A stretch of 64,000 bases of DNA. Source: Octopus vulgaris (taxonomy: Eukaryota). The position numbers and the translations under genes were made by a program. Each line of letters begins with the position of its first letter. Position 1 is the first letter of the stretch. The DNA lies in assembly GCA_951406725.2 (NCBI GenBank), contig OX597819.1, positions 15,810,001 to 15,874,000 on the forward strand. Direction: 5' to 3'. The notes under the pieces were generated by a model, which saw only the letters and a list, made by a program, of their open reading frames with translations, made no database searches and was not told the DNA's origin. Positions 11,977 through 28,749 of this stretch are shown one piece after another.

Positions 11977-13599
11977 AGTGTATCAAGGATTACATTATCA
12001 CTGAGTTCTTTTTCAATGCAGTGAGATATGATTTATTTGTGATTTTTAAAATGTATAAAACAAGTTTATTTTATTGGACTTGAGAGGCTGGAGAGATGTT
12101 GGTGCAGAGTATAGCAGGATAGATATTACAACTGGGACCCTCACCAGGATTTCTTTTGGGTATGGAACATAATTATTGTCGTTTTAATGTCCATGTCCTT
12201 CCTGTCCAACCCTTACCTGTTTCAAAAGAAGGTGATGTTTCCTCATGGCTGGACACGTTTGCATGACAGTGGCACTTGTAGATTACGTGACGTCAAGGCA
12301 AGGACGGACGGACGGACACACACACACCCACACACTACGTGCTTCTGTCTTTTGACATGTACCAAATCCACTCACAAATCTTTGGTCGAGCCGGGTCAGT
12401 AGTCGAAGATACTTGCCCAAAGTGACGGGCGCTGAACCCCAAACCGTGGGGTTGCGAAAGCAAACTTCCTCTCACGCATCCTGGATATAAATTCATGGGG
12501 ATGTTCAGTAAGTTCTGCCATACGTGAAATAGTTCTACTGCTGGCCGTGAAATGGGTAGAGTAAATGAGGCAACCCGAGTATTGCGAGATAATTATTAGC
12601 TTCGTCTAATCAGGGGCAACAGAATGTCATCGGTCGTATTTGTTTGTGTCCGACTGTCAGCATAGTCAGTTGTGTAATGGGATCTTTTCTTTGAAACCCT
12701 CTTGCAGAACCGTCTCAGCAACGACCGGCAGCGACATCACTGTGAAGGTTAATCTCTTTAATGGCTTTTCCAGCATGGATGAAAGCTATGGATATAGCAG
12801 GGGAGATGATGAGGGATTAAGGCTGTTTGTAATGTCTTAATCATTTGTAATACTGATTTCAGGAAACGGTGCCGGTCACCTGGTTACCTAACAAACAAGC
12901 GAGCGCGCAAGCTATGTAGACCTTCACGCCCACTAGGAAATGGGATTGACAGAGGGTTGCGATTACTAAATCTTTTCCTAGGGAAGAATGTATCACTCTA
13001 TGCAATCAGTGCCTTCAGAATTTATGAAGAAGGAAGGTATGGAAGCTGGGTGATGTCTTTGTTAGATCACGGTTCAGCGAGTTTCTGGGTGAGAAGTACT
13101 CGAAAACGGAAGAACATTTGTGAGTTATTAACATAGAGGAGAACTGGGAGTTTTTTATGAGACAACCTTCGGTAAACCCTAAAAGAGATCTCGAGCAAAG
13201 TACCAGTCAAATAGAGGGTGACGTGATTGTGGGTTCGAAGGGCCTTATAACTAAGAAACAGATTTCGAATTTTTAGGAGAAAGGATAGAGCAGAGAATAA
13301 TATTGGGTAGTAAAAAAGACAAAACGAAAGTAAAGTTAGACATTAATTAAGAGGTTTGCTGATATTTTGTGATGAGAGGGTCAAAGACATGAGACGTTCC
13401 GGATTGCAATGCAGTCTTTGTGCGAATCAAAGGCGTTGTTGGTGAGATGTTGTTCGGAATCATGGCATCGCACTTACCTCCACCAAAACAGAGAAGAAAC
13501 TGTTTCTTGGAGAAATTGCTGAATGTAGTCAGTGCTTGGCCGGACTATCTCTAATTAAACCTAACAGAAACCCCCCCAAAAAAAACTAGCTATTAATGT

Positions 13600-14000
13600 T
13601 GGAAGTTGACAGCTACACGGTCGAACGTGGGATTAAAATATGAAGGCAAGGAAAGCAGTTGGATCATCAAAGACTATTGCCGAGATGTTGAAAATATCCG
13701 ATAAAGTTTGTGTTAATCAATCGTACAGTCAATCAAGTTGTACAAAGGAAAATCTTTCCCAATGACTGGTATAGCAGTGTCATCAACGTCTCTAGGGACA
13801 CAGGAGTTGTTCTGGAAAGAAACGGTTACAGAAGTTTCACGTTGATGGCTCAATTTATGAAAGTAAATCAATGTTTGTACAACTAATTAAGAAGAATATA
13901 AGTTTGAGATGCAGCTTCGGTTTATAACAAGACGGTGTACCACTAGGGCACTCTCTTCCTAGTGAGACAACAACAACCGAGAATCTAAGTGACAAATTTA
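13600..14000 (+). pseudogene. decayed RTE-clade LINE RT
   Basis: Traces of NDWYSSVI, LERNGYRSFTLM..FMKV, EMQ.GF and LVRQ with frameshifts; the remnant probably extends upstream to about 12.9 kb. Confidence 0.6.
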
Positions 14001-14429
14001 AGCCAAGATTTTAGTTGGGGAGATAGGACTCTTTCACCACTCAGCGAAGTGGCCATGTTTATAATTAAAGATGGCCACTTCGCTGAGAGCAGTTGGTAGG
14101 AATGTAAACTATGGATACATAAAGGACGTAGTGTGGTCAGTGTCAGGTTGATGAGACGGAAGAGTTTTAAATGTTCGAAGTAGTCGAAATCGTGTCTCAC
14201 TTAGACGTAAGAGTAAAAGGTGAGTTTGAAAGGAAGGTAGGCAGACTTGGAACGAGGTCGAAAAAGTTTAGCCGATTATTTATTCTGCTGGATACGAAGG
14301 GAATTCCCGAGTGAATTGGAGAACACTAGCTAATCCATTGCACTTGCGATTTCAAGAAACCGAACGGGGTTGAGTCACTACCTTCAAGCCGAGCGGCCCA
14401 ACCTAGACATGAAGGTGGCCTAAGAATAT

Positions 14430-14920
<491 letters not shown>

Positions 14921-14924
14921 TGAA

Positions 14925-15065
14925 ACTATTGAAAAGGTTGTAAGACGCAACGAAAATTTTCGTAAAATAAATAAGTAAATGAGTGGAAATTTTACCCGTG
15001 AGTGTATTAAGTTCTAAGACACCAAAAGAGAATGACTCTCCTCAGACACAACAGAATATACTTAA
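14925..15065 (+). mobile_element. PLE-like terminal repeat fragment (same family as the 41.3 and 46.0 kb hairpins)
   Basis: Shares gtggaaatttt-acc.gtgagtgt.ttaa...atgactctcc.cagacacaacagaatat. Confidence 0.7.
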
Positions 15066-15540
15066 GGATTGTCATTGTATTATTTTGTAGTTGAAATCAT
15101 CGAAGTATGTCTGTAAGCAAAGGTTAATGAAAGGTCAAAGGTCGAGAAATATAGTAAAAAGTTACATTACAGCAGATTTTAATCTAAGTAAGGATTATGT
15201 TTTGACTATGTACATAAACAAGTGTGGACTTGTTCATAGTCACAGCCAAGCAGTAGAATGCCTCTCCTTAAAAATCAATCACAAAACAAATCTTTGCTGA
15301 CAATTATTTGATTTCAATTCTAGATTAGGAAATCATTTATCAAGATCGCCCCAGCCAAACTTAATCAATGTTTTCCTCTAACTGCCTCAATATCTGCTCA
15401 ACTTGATCTCTCTAACAGCCATCTTTTACCCCCACGGAATTGATCCCCTATAAAGTTAATGGAGTCTAAGTTTGAATCATTTTGAGCGCTCCAAAAGTGT
15501 CTTCTCTTCTGAGAATCTCTGGGTCTCATCTGTTGACCAT

Positions 15541-15768
15541 ATACTCTTTACTCTTTTACTCTTTTACTTGTTTCAGTCATTTGACTGCGGCCATGCTGGA
15601 GCACCGCCTTTAGTCGAGCAAATCGACCCCGGGACTTATTCTTTGTAAGCCCAGTACTTATTCTATCGGGTCTCTTTTGCCGAACTGCTAAGTGACGGGG
15701 ACGTAAACACACCAGCATCGGTTGTCAAGCAATGCTAAGGGGACAAACACAGACACACAAACACATAA

Positions 15769-15823
<55 letters not shown>

Positions 15824-15990
15824 TACGACAGGCTTCTTTCAGTTTCCGTCTACCAAATCCACTCACAAGGCATTGGTCGGCCCGGGGCTATAGCAGAAGA
15901 CACTTGCCCAAGATGCTACGCTGTGGGACTGAACCCGGAACCATGTGGTTGGTTAGCAAGCTACTTACCACACAGCCACTCCTGCGCCTA
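15541..15990 (-). mobile_element. family-C SINE, full length
   Basis: Near-identical to 14430-14920. Confidence 0.92.
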
Positions 15991-16569
15991 TGTATGTATG
16001 TATATACTTATATATGCACGTGTGTGTATATGTATACATATATGCAAACACTCATACACATATACAGGCACGCATGCGCATGCCGTTCGCGTGTACCAAT
16101 TTTAATTCCTATGGCTACACAAAACCAACACGAGGTTTCAGAAGAAGGCCCGAAGGCATTTACTGAAGCCGGATTCCGCTTGAAAGTCCATGGTTGCTTA
16201 ACGAGATTCCTGACCCCCCCCCCACGGCCGACTCATTAGTGTTTGTTCGCGTGTGCGCGCGTGCCTGTGAATATGATCACACACACACACACCCACGAAG
16301 GCACCAGCCCGAAACATTGCACTCCATTCTCATTACGACTCACTATAGATGGAGCCACCATCTATTCGCTTTGATAAATGCTACACAAATCACACCTGAA
16401 ACCACACCTTCCAGCAATGTAGTCCTAGATAAACTATGCCTGAAAGTAGAGATGGGATGGTCATATATGTGCTCCATTGGCGGTCTGTACCAGGGCTAAT
16501 CAGAAATAACGAACTGGACCGAGCTCATGACGTCCACAAACAACAACAACAACAACAACAGCAGCAGCA

Positions 16570-16633
<64 letters not shown>

Positions 16634-16665
16634 CTAGTTTCAATTTTCACGGAAAAGAAACGTCA

Positions 16666-17066
16666 TCTCTCTCTATATAAAGCTGAAGTTGTCTGTGTAT
16701 GGCAGGTTTGGTAGCCTTCAACTAACACTATCTCCTCCGAGACCCTGCGGCGCAAGTTGAACAAAATTGAGAGTATGATAGAAGAAGGCTTGCTCTTCCT
16801 TCCGTAGAAGATGAAATTCAAATCGGACCATGTTAACACCAAAAATTATTTACATCAAAAAGGTGCTTTTTTTTCTATGAAAATCCCTATTTTTTACGAT
16901 TTTTTTTACTGCTTGTGTCGCCATTTTTCGGTGTATTTCAACCAGAAAAATGCTCACTTAAAGAGAATAACTAGCTACATAATGCAAAATTTTTACTTTT
17001 CAAAAATTCCAATTCTAAAGGGTCGAAAAGAAAACAAACCCGAGCAACGCCGGGCGATACTGCAAG
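16666..17066 (+). mobile_element. non-autonomous Helitron
   Basis: A|TC start (tctctctctatataaa), subterminal hairpin CCCG-agcaacgc-CGGG, and CAAG|T end (CTRR-like). Confidence 0.7.
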
Positions 17067-17329
17067 TATTACATAAAATTTCAAACGGTATCAGGAATTA
17101 TCTCCCTTAGATTTATTAAGGGGAAATAACTCTTCATAAAGGTTATATATAATATATAATGATCTCCCTTGACACTAAAATATTTTCGAAGACTTCAAAT
17201 CACAAATTTTCTCTCAGATGCATTTGACAGAAAATATTTCGGGAAAGGCATTAATCACACTACACACACTTTGGCATATTTACAGCACTTCTTTTCTTAT
17301 GTAAGATGTTGCTGTTTTCGACCATTCAA

Positions 17330-17376
17330 TGCTACTACTACTACTAGTACCGCTGCTGCTGCTGCTGCTGCTACTT

Positions 17377-17409
<33 letters not shown>

Positions 17410-17496
17410 TTACTACTACTACTACTACTATTACTACTAGTACTAGTACTGCTGCTGCTGCTACTACTACTACTAGTACCACTACTGCTGCTGCTG

Positions 17497-17550
<54 letters not shown>

Positions 17551-17644
17551 GTACCGCTACTGCTACTGCTGCTGCTGCTACTACTTCTACTACTACTACT
17601 ACTACTACTACTACTTGTAGTACTGCTACTGCTGCTGCTGCTTT

Positions 17645-17698
<54 letters not shown>

Positions 17699-17699
17699 A
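17330..17699. repeat. (ACT/GCT)n trinucleotide array
   Basis: Read directly. Confidence 0.95.
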
Positions 17700-17914
17700 G
17701 CGTGGGCGTTGAACAAGGAATCCCTCACAGTCTGGACATGGAGTCCAGATGTTTTTATGCAAATGACCGTCATTAAGGTAAAGTTGAATTGCGATGCGGT
17801 CGACGTCGCCGTTCATCTTTTCGGGTTCGATGAAATAAGAACCATTTCAGCACTGGGGTCGATGTAACCGTCGAGGCCCCTTCCACAATATTTTCGGCTT
17901 TGTGCCCATAGAAG

Positions 17915-18150
17915 AAAGACAACAAGCCTGACCTAGTGGTGGTGGTGGACAAAGTGAACCCCATGCGTTCGATAGTTGAGGTCGTGTGCCTCTTTGATCC
18001 ACGAATGACAAAAGAGGGCGAAAAAATAGACGTATACCATACTCTTAAATATGATACAGCACGTCTGTAGAAAATGAAGAAGGTGAAGATAGTGTCAATT
18101 ATTGTTGGGGCCGAAGGGACAGTATCAGAAAACATCAAGAGGAACGCAAA
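17915..18150 (+). pseudogene. RLE endonuclease fragment of an R4/Dong-like LINE
   Basis: NKPDLVVVVDK...IVEVVC.FD...EK..Y..L...IIVGA.G.V. Confidence 0.7.
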
Positions 18151-18235
18151 AGAAAAGGGAGCTATTGTAAAAAGTTTGTCTCCTTTGTACAATCATCAGG
18201 ACAGCATTTGTTCAAAAGAACATTAGCATGTTACT

Positions 18236-18442
18236 GCAGGCTGTGTGGCCCCGTGGTTAGGGCTGCGTACTCGTGGTCGTGGGATCGCGGTTTCGATTCC
18301 CAGACCGGGCGTTGTGAGTGTTTATTGAGCGAAAACACCTAAAGCTCCACGAGACTCCGGCAGAGAGTGGTGGCTAACCCTGCTGTATTCTTTCACCACA
18401 ACTTTGTCTCACTCTCTCTTCCTGTTTCTGCTGTGCCTGTAT
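18236..18442 (+). mobile_element. family-D SINE head
   Basis: Homologous to the reverse complement of 11800-11976. Confidence 0.8.
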
Positions 18443-18444
18443 TT

Positions 18445-19155
18445 CGAAGCCTGGAGATGGACAATATCTTGTACAGAGAAATGAAAGACAAGGTCACCAC
18501 TGCATATTTGAAGCGTCTCAAACTTCTCTTAGAGCCAAAACTTAACGCAAGGAACCTGTTGACTGCCATCAACATGTGGGCTGTTATTGCAGTCCGCTAT
18601 AGTGTACCCATCCTGAAATGGATTCGATCGGAGATTGACCAATTCCATCGCACTACCCCCCAAAACAATGACAATGAACGGTGCGCGCCACCCTAAGGTG
18701 AACGTATACAGGCTCTATGTGAAGAGATGGAAAAGTGGACGTGGCTTCATTAGCGTACAGGAGTGCATTGACAGTGAAAGAAGAAACATGACAGAGTATT
18801 TAGGAAAGAAAGAACAAGACCTGTTACAGTGTGCTGCCAATGCAGACGGATTTACCAACAATAGAGTTGAGAGTGATAATTAATTCCGATCACGAATAGC
18901 CAACGAGAGACAATAAATTCTTCACCGTATGGAATTATATACTCTTACTCTTTACTCTTTTACTTGTTTCAGTCATTTGACTGCGGCCATGCTGGACCAC
19001 CGCCTTTAGTCGAGCAAATCGACCCTGGGACTTATTCTTTGTAAGCCCAGTACTTATTCTATCGGTCTCTTTTGCCGAACCGCTAAGTGACGGGGACGTA
19101 AACACACCAGCATCGCTTGTCAGGCAATGCTAGGGGGACAAACACAGGCACACAA

Positions 19156-19189
<34 letters not shown>

Positions 19190-20214
19190 CTATATATATA
19201 TACGACGGGCTCCTTTCAGTTTCCGTCTACCAAATCCACTCACAAGGCTTTGGTCGGCCCGAGGCTATAGCAGAAGACACTTGCCAAAGATGCCACGCAG
19301 TGGGACTGAACCCGGAACCATGTGGTTGGTTAGCAAGCTACTTACCACACAGCCACTCCTGCGCCTATATGGTCAGTTCCACCGTGAAAGTGACGGTTTA
19401 AAAGACCAGGAAGCATAATGGTGGTGGCTCAGCAAAGGTGAGCTTAAGAAAAGGACTGAAAGCCTCATCATTGCTGCTTAGGCCCAGGCATTGAATACCA
19501 ACTCAGTGAAAAGGAATATATAACACACAAGTGCAACGAACCTCTGCAGAATGTGTGGGGAGAAGGTCGAAAGTATGACTCATATTGTTAGTGTTTGCGA
19601 AAGTCTTGTGCAGAAAGAGCACAAGCGAAGACACGACAAGGTAGCCCCAAACCTTCACTGGTTACTATGCCGGAAGTATGAATACGAGGTAACGAGTGCT
19701 TGGTACCAACATACACCGGAAAAGATAATGGACGAAAAGGAGAAGGCAAAAATCCTCTGGGTCTTTGACTTCCAGACAGACAAGGTGTTAGAGCACCGAA
19801 GGCCGGATATAGTAACCTTTAGGAGTGATAATCAAGAGTGCCTAATAAGCGATGTGGCAGTGCCAGGAGATTAACATATCGTGAAAGAAAGAGCTTGATA
19901 AATATGGAGACCTGAGAATTGAAATCACCAAGATGTGGCCGCTGCGAGAGTCAAGCATAAAGGTTGTCATCGGAATATTGAGTTCAATACCACCCAATCT
20001 GAAAAAAAAGCAAAAAACATCTGGACACTTTAGAAAAATCCTACAATGTAGGTTTATTGCAAAAATTGGCATTACTTGGAACTGCATGCACATTGCGTTA
20101 AGTACTGTCCACCTGAAGGCCATGTTGTGACTTGACAGACGGTACAAAACCCCAGTAGACACAATATCTTCAATCTACAACATCACAATATTGGATACTG
20201 TGCGAAGTTTTCAA

Positions 20215-20215
<1 letters not shown>
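18445..20215 (+). mobile_element. decayed R4/Dong-like RLE non-LTR retrotransposon, 3' half
   Basis: YLKRLKLLL..KLNARN...AIN, LYGQF (split by a SINE), CCHC CRMCGEKVESMTHIVSVC, RHDKV, RPDIV..DVAVP; ends in (AAT)n. Confidence 0.85.
18938..19368 (-). mobile_element. family-C SINE nested in the RLE LINE
   Basis: Full copy; removing it restores tta tat ggt cag ttc (LYGQF). Confidence 0.92.
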
Positions 20216-22470
<2,255 letters not shown>

Positions 22471-22839
22471 TTGTTTTTTTTGTTCTTGCTTTTGGTTATA
22501 AAACATATACTCACTCATCCACACCCTCTCCGCCCAGTCTCCCAACTCACTTCCAAACATTCCTCCCCCTCCCCCCATTAAACACGAGACTTTTCCCGGT
22601 ACAGTTATGATTTTAAGGAAAAGCTAAGGGGGCCATTGACTTTAAACCATTTCTAAAGTAATTCTTTGCTCAGGAATTTCGCAAACTTTTGCTTTAAACA
22701 CTTCATTATTAATAAATAATTTCTAATAATTCTACACAGCGCCATTTCCATCTGTCTGGTCTACAGATGGAGAATCATTTTATATGGTGAAATTGTTTTA
22801 ATCTTAATGATTTTTATCGAGGAAGGAGACTACAACACG

Positions 22840-22908
<69 letters not shown>

Positions 22909-23103
22909 TCACTCACTCACTCACTCACTCACTCACTCACTCACTCACTCACTCACACACACAAACACACACTGATATGTTAATATCAATGAAGTTCACA
23001 TATAGAAACACATACAAATGCACACCATAATGCAGGCATATACATTATATATATACACATATATATATACTTATATATATATATACATATATAGATATGT
23101 ATG

Positions 23104-23165
<62 letters not shown>

Positions 23166-23455
23166 CGTGCATATATATGTGTGTGTGTGTATGGTGTGTG
23201 TATATGTATATAAACATGCATACATACATATATGCACGCATGCATAATGCATAATACCTAAATGCATATATGCATATACTTGCATAGATAATTATGATTG
23301 GTGCATCTTGTCTGGTGATAAGCGTCTTACGGGAGACAGCTGTGCGTCGAGGGATTAGAGTGAGAACACACTTGAACAGCGCAGATGTCGCTGCCTGTCT
23401 CTTCATAACTAAGTATCCAGTGACAATTAAGAGTAACATGCTATATGAGTATGTT

Positions 23456-23487
<32 letters not shown>

Positions 23488-23489
<2 letters not shown>

Positions 23490-23600
23490 GCTGAGTGGTT
23501 AAGGTGCTACACTCGCTTTCGTAAGATCGCAGTTTCAGTTCCCAGGTCGGGCAGTGTGTTGTGTCCTTGAACAAGGGACTTTATTTCATGTTGCTCCAAT
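23488..23600 (+). mobile_element. family-B SINE head
   Basis: tggctgagtggttaagg...gtgtccttgaacaagg.acttt. Confidence 0.7.
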
Positions 23601-23746
23601 CGATTTTTATGATAAATTGTAACCCGGGGACTGACAGGTGATTCTTTCAGTGGGAAATACTGTGATCTCAGCCACTTTTGTGCTTTGGAAACCAGGAAAT
23701 CAACATTATGAATTCGAGGACTGGAGACGATAATGCCGAGGAGATT

Positions 23747-24122
23747 TATTACCTCCGCCTTAGCCAAGGCAGCGGTATTGTTTTCAGTTGTGTTTGTTTG
23801 TTTATCCGTGGACAGGATATCTCAAGAACCACTGGATGATGGATTCGGATGAAAATTTCAGGAATGCTTGTCCTCGTGATTGACACGAACGGATTAGATT
23901 TTGGGATTGATCCGGTACCGGACAAGGGTTCTGGATTATTTTCCCTGTTTGTTTTTTTACTTAATTTTTGAGAGCGGTCGGGTTCATTTTTAGTATCCTC
24001 GTTTGTGAGAGCACTCGAGTTTATTTCAGATATTTTCATTTTAAAGATCATCCCTGGCTAATCGTTGAGAGGACGTTGGTGTTGCATTGGCGGAGGTTTG
24101 CGCTCTCTGAGTGCTCTTGTTA
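23747..24122 (+). mobile_element. Helentron-associated non-autonomous element (HINE/DINE-1-like)
   Basis: Subterminal inverted repeat ACCTCCGCC/GGCGGAGGT, 5' hairpin, (TTTG)n, 3' hairpin GCGCTC-tct-GAGTGC, and T-rich ends. Confidence 0.75.
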
Positions 24123-24376
24123 TATAAGTATTGAGTTATTTGCTTTTATATGAGTTTCCCATCTACTCAATATTTCGTCAGCCAAGATTAAAAAGCTACC
24201 ATCTGCCCAGACACCACTCTGGTATTCGCTTTCTATTTCTATAGTAAACAGCAAGCCTGAAGGTTGACGAGCGCTGCTTTTGTTTTTCCCTCCCGCCACT
24301 GCTGTCTGCTGTTGCTAAACGGTTATTGTACTTGTGCAGGGCTAAGCCATCTCTTCGACAGTTATTCTTTTATTCA

Positions 24377-25215
24377 AAATGGCGAGCTGGCAGAATCGTA
24401 AATAAATATATATAATTCTTTATGAAGGCGGCAAGCTGGCAGAAACGTTAGCACGCCGGGCGAAATGCTTAGCAGTATTTCGTCTGCCGTTACGTTCTGA
24501 GTTTAAATTCCGCCGAGGTCGACTTTGTCTTTCATCCTTTTGGGGTCGATAAATTAAGTACCAGTTACGCACTGGGGTCGATATAATTGACTTAATCCGT
24601 TTGTCTGTTCTTGTTTGTCCTCTCTGTGTTTAGCCCCTTGTAGGTAGTAAAGAAATAGGTATTTCGTCTGCCGTTACGTTCTAAGTTCAAATTCCGCCGA
24701 TGTCGACTTTGCCGTTCATCCTTTCGGGGTCGATAAATAAAGTACAAGTTACGCACTGGGGTCGATGTAATCGACTTACTCCCTTTGTCTGTCTTTGTTT
24801 GTCCCCTCTATGTTTAGCCGCTTGTGGGCAGTAAATAAATATATATAATTCTTTATGAAGGCGGCAAGCTGGCAGAAACGTTAGCACGCTGGGCGAAATG
24901 CTAAGCAGTATTTCGTCTGCCGTTACGTTCTGAGTTCAAATTCTGCCGAGTACCAGTTACGCATTGGGGTCGATATAATCGACTTAATCCGTTTGTCTGT
25001 CCTTGTTTGTCCCTTCTGTGTGTAGCTCTTTGTGGGCAGTAAAGAAATAAGAAACGTTAGCACACCGAGCAAAATGCTTAGCGATATTTCGTCTGTCTTT
25101 ACGTTCTGAGTTCAAATTTCACCGAGGTCGACTTTGCCTTTCATACTTTCGGGGTCGATAAATTAAGTACCGGCTGGCCTCCTCCAAAATTTCGGGGCTT
25201 GTGCCTAGAGTAGAA
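24377..25215 (+). mobile_element. tandem array of family-A SINE copies
   Basis: Repeated ggcggcaagctggcagaaacgttagc / gttcaaattccgccgaggtcgac / agccccttgtgggcagtaaagaaat units. Confidence 0.9.
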
Positions 25216-25377
25216 AAAAAATGTTACTTTTTTATTCCCGTTAAGTTTCTAGCAATTCTTCTCACTATGCAAGCTGTTTGGAAGAAGCCGATTTAGTCGT
25301 CGATCACCCAACCATATTAAAAGTGTGTATCAGCCGCGAGTTACCAGTAGTGTCACTCAGGAGGAGCCAGGCATAAT

Positions 25378-25420
25378 ATCCATCCATCCATCCATCCATC
25401 CATCCATCCATCTAACCGTG

Positions 25421-25476
<56 letters not shown>

Positions 25477-25546
25477 CATACATCCATCCGTCCGTCTGTC
25501 TGTCCATCCATCCATCAATAAATTCGTTCGTCCGTCCGTCCGCTTG

Positions 25547-25610
<64 letters not shown>

Positions 25611-25639
25611 CCTACCTACCTACCTACCTACCTACCTAC

Positions 25640-25706
<67 letters not shown>

Positions 25707-25727
25707 CCTACCTACCTACCTACCTAC

Positions 25728-25781
<54 letters not shown>

Positions 25782-25791
25782 GCCTACCTAC

Positions 25792-25865
<74 letters not shown>
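25378..25865. repeat. (TCCA)/(TCTG)/(TCTA)/(CCTA)n tetranucleotide array
   Basis: Read directly. Confidence 0.95.
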
Positions 25866-27197
25866 CAAATCTGTTATCTTTTACTTGTTTCAGTTTTTTT
25901 TAAACTGTGACCACGCTGGAGCATCGCCCTTGAATAATTTCAGCCGAACAAATCGACCCTAGAACATCTGCTTTGTTCGTTTGAAAGGTTGATATTTATT
26001 CTTTCGAATTCTTTTGTGAAACCACCAAGTCACGGGGACGTAAGCAATGATTTCTTGTCGTCTGGAATTCAATGGGTTATGTTCTGACCGTCTTGTACTC
26101 AAGGCCCAAATTACAATTACGGTTACTGTTACAACACTCTCTCACTGCCTTATAAATGTCTCTAATTAATAAAAGATATATCAAAGTCTTTAAGGTCTGT
26201 ACAAGCGACGAACAATATCAGTTGTGTCGCTTTTCTGTGAAGGAGGGAGAGCAGTCAGTCTCCTAAAAGGTCATCAAATAATATGATGCTTCCCAATAAG
26301 GCGCCAACGTATTTTATAAACAACATAGAATGTCGACAGTAGGAAGGGACTATCACGGGGCAAATTAAAGATTCACATTATGCTTTGTAATGTATGGAGA
26401 AAGTAGAACAGCAAAATTACGAAAGAATTTTTTTTAAAGTTCAACATGTAACTGTATAAAGTCATTGTTGTCTAAATTCCCTTCAAGGAGCCTTGTTCCT
26501 CTCTGTCTCTCTCTGTCTCTCTCTCCCCTTCGTTCTCTCTTTTTCTTTCACTCACTCACTTCCACACACACAATCCCACATTCCTCCCAAAACTTTTATG
26601 CATTTATATTTCCTAAGATCAACACGCTTGATATCATGGTCGAATTTCCCAAACAAAAAAACCGCTCTATTTTCGTACAATAAAAGTTTCTTTCTTGGTA
26701 CAATGCCATACATTTCAAAAGATTGAATCTACTCCAGTATATTACAAGTATTTATTTCTGCTTATGGGATTTGAAGTCAAAATGTAAAAGAAGACAACCA
26801 AAGACAAAATATTAACACTACAAGGCTTTTAGTCAATTATTGTATTTTGCCTGCCGTTCGCTGCCGTAAGCAGGAATGATATTCAGTATTTGTTTAGAAG
26901 ATTGACGACTATTCAAAATGGACGTTATTTATGACTGACTGAGCGGAAATTATTCAGTGTTAGAAGCCAAAGAAAGAAACAAACAAAAGATACATAATTC
27001 ACAGATGTAATTGAACAATAAAGGACAAACAAGCAGAACACTTTGGAAAGCCATGGAAAAAAATTAGCGAGTTAACGTAAATGTCAGCGTGGGATCAAGT
27101 GTAAAATATAGGAATAAGTAATATAACCATTACAGAGGCAAAATGGCCGAACCATCAATCGTTTGGTACAACAATAGAAGACGCAAAGATGAACATG

Positions 27198-27255
<58 letters not shown>

Positions 27256-27818
27256 ACGGTTGATTTTGCGGCAGCAGACTAATTGTTTCAGAAGAATTTG
27301 ATGAATTACAGCCGAAGGATTGAATCTCCCTTTACAACCAAGAAACTGGAAACGCTGGAATAAATGGTAAAGCAAAATTGATTAAAAACTGATGCCGGAC
27401 ATTAACTGAACTGTTTTTATAATTGATTAGCGCCACCCCCCATCCTTCCCTTATTCTCACATTTTCATCTTCTCTCTCATCTTCTCTCTCTCTCTCTCTC
27501 TCACTGTGTCTCTCTCCCTCTCTTTCTTCCCCTACGTAATTCCTTCTCTTACTTTTCCTCTTTCACTTTCACTCCCCCCACCACACAGTTCCCTTTTCTT
27601 ACTTACTCCTTCACTTTTATCTATCGCTTCATCTGTAATCTCTCTACTCCTCCTATACTCTCCTCCTTCCTCTTGCTTCATTCAATCTCCTCACACTCTT
27701 CCCCACTCTTTCACTCTCTTTTGTTTTCTTGTATTCTTTTTCTCTTTCTCTCCTCCTCCTCCATCTCACGCAATATATAATTTCTATTTTTCACGCCTTC
27801 CTGCAAGCGTATAGCCTC

Positions 27819-27865
<47 letters not shown>

Positions 27866-28046
27866 TCAGACACACTCATTCATTCATGCATACACATGCA
27901 TGTGTGTGCGTGTGAGTGAGAGGGAGACAGAGAACGAGAACTTACATATATATACGCGTGTGTGTATGTGTGTGTGTGTGTGTGTATGTGTATTCCTGTG
28001 AATATGCATGTTTATCACCTTTTCGCATGCCACGATGCCACCATAT

Positions 28047-28181
28047 CACCACCGCCGCCGTCGCCGTCGCCGCTGCCACCACCACCACCACCACCACCAC
28101 CACCACCACCACCACCACCACCACCATCACCACCACCACCACCACGACCACCACCACCAACACCAACACCACCACCACCAC
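28047..28181. repeat. (CAC)n/(CGC) trinucleotide tract
   Basis: Read directly. Confidence 0.9.
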
Positions 28182-28278
28182 TGCTGTTACAGCTTCTAGA
28201 GTCCGAGCATTTAATTAATCCAACTGTTTAGCTCATGTTTCATTTCCACTTCTTTATACACACACACACACACACACA

Positions 28279-28319
<41 letters not shown>

Positions 28320-28514
28320 ACACATATATATATATATATATTTACACACATACATACGCACACACACTCACACACACACATATATGCATACACCAACTAC
28401 TCCAAGCAATCTTGTAAGTGCTATGGGGTACAACCGTTCTTCATAACAAATGAAATGGAAGCCTCACCAACGCACACATACGCACGCATGCACCCATACT
28501 TACCTGTATATACA

Positions 28515-28614
<100 letters not shown>

Positions 28615-28627
28615 ATATACATATACG

Positions 28628-28659
<32 letters not shown>

Positions 28660-28749
28660 TGTGGAAACATTAATATACACATAGCTATATGTACGTATTT
28701 ATACGTGAATATATTCATACATAATGTTTCACATGCAAGCATTTAACTT

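Noticed and set aside
18190-18205. CUGAUGA on the minus strand; similar lone cores at about 7740, 28908, 32016, 41081 and 51722
   Set aside because: No stem II, GAAA or NUH arrangement follows.
27143-27301. Short + strand ORF MAEPSIVWYNNRRRKDEHD(N)n...
   Set aside because: Kept open by an (AAT)n tract, with no recognisable domain.
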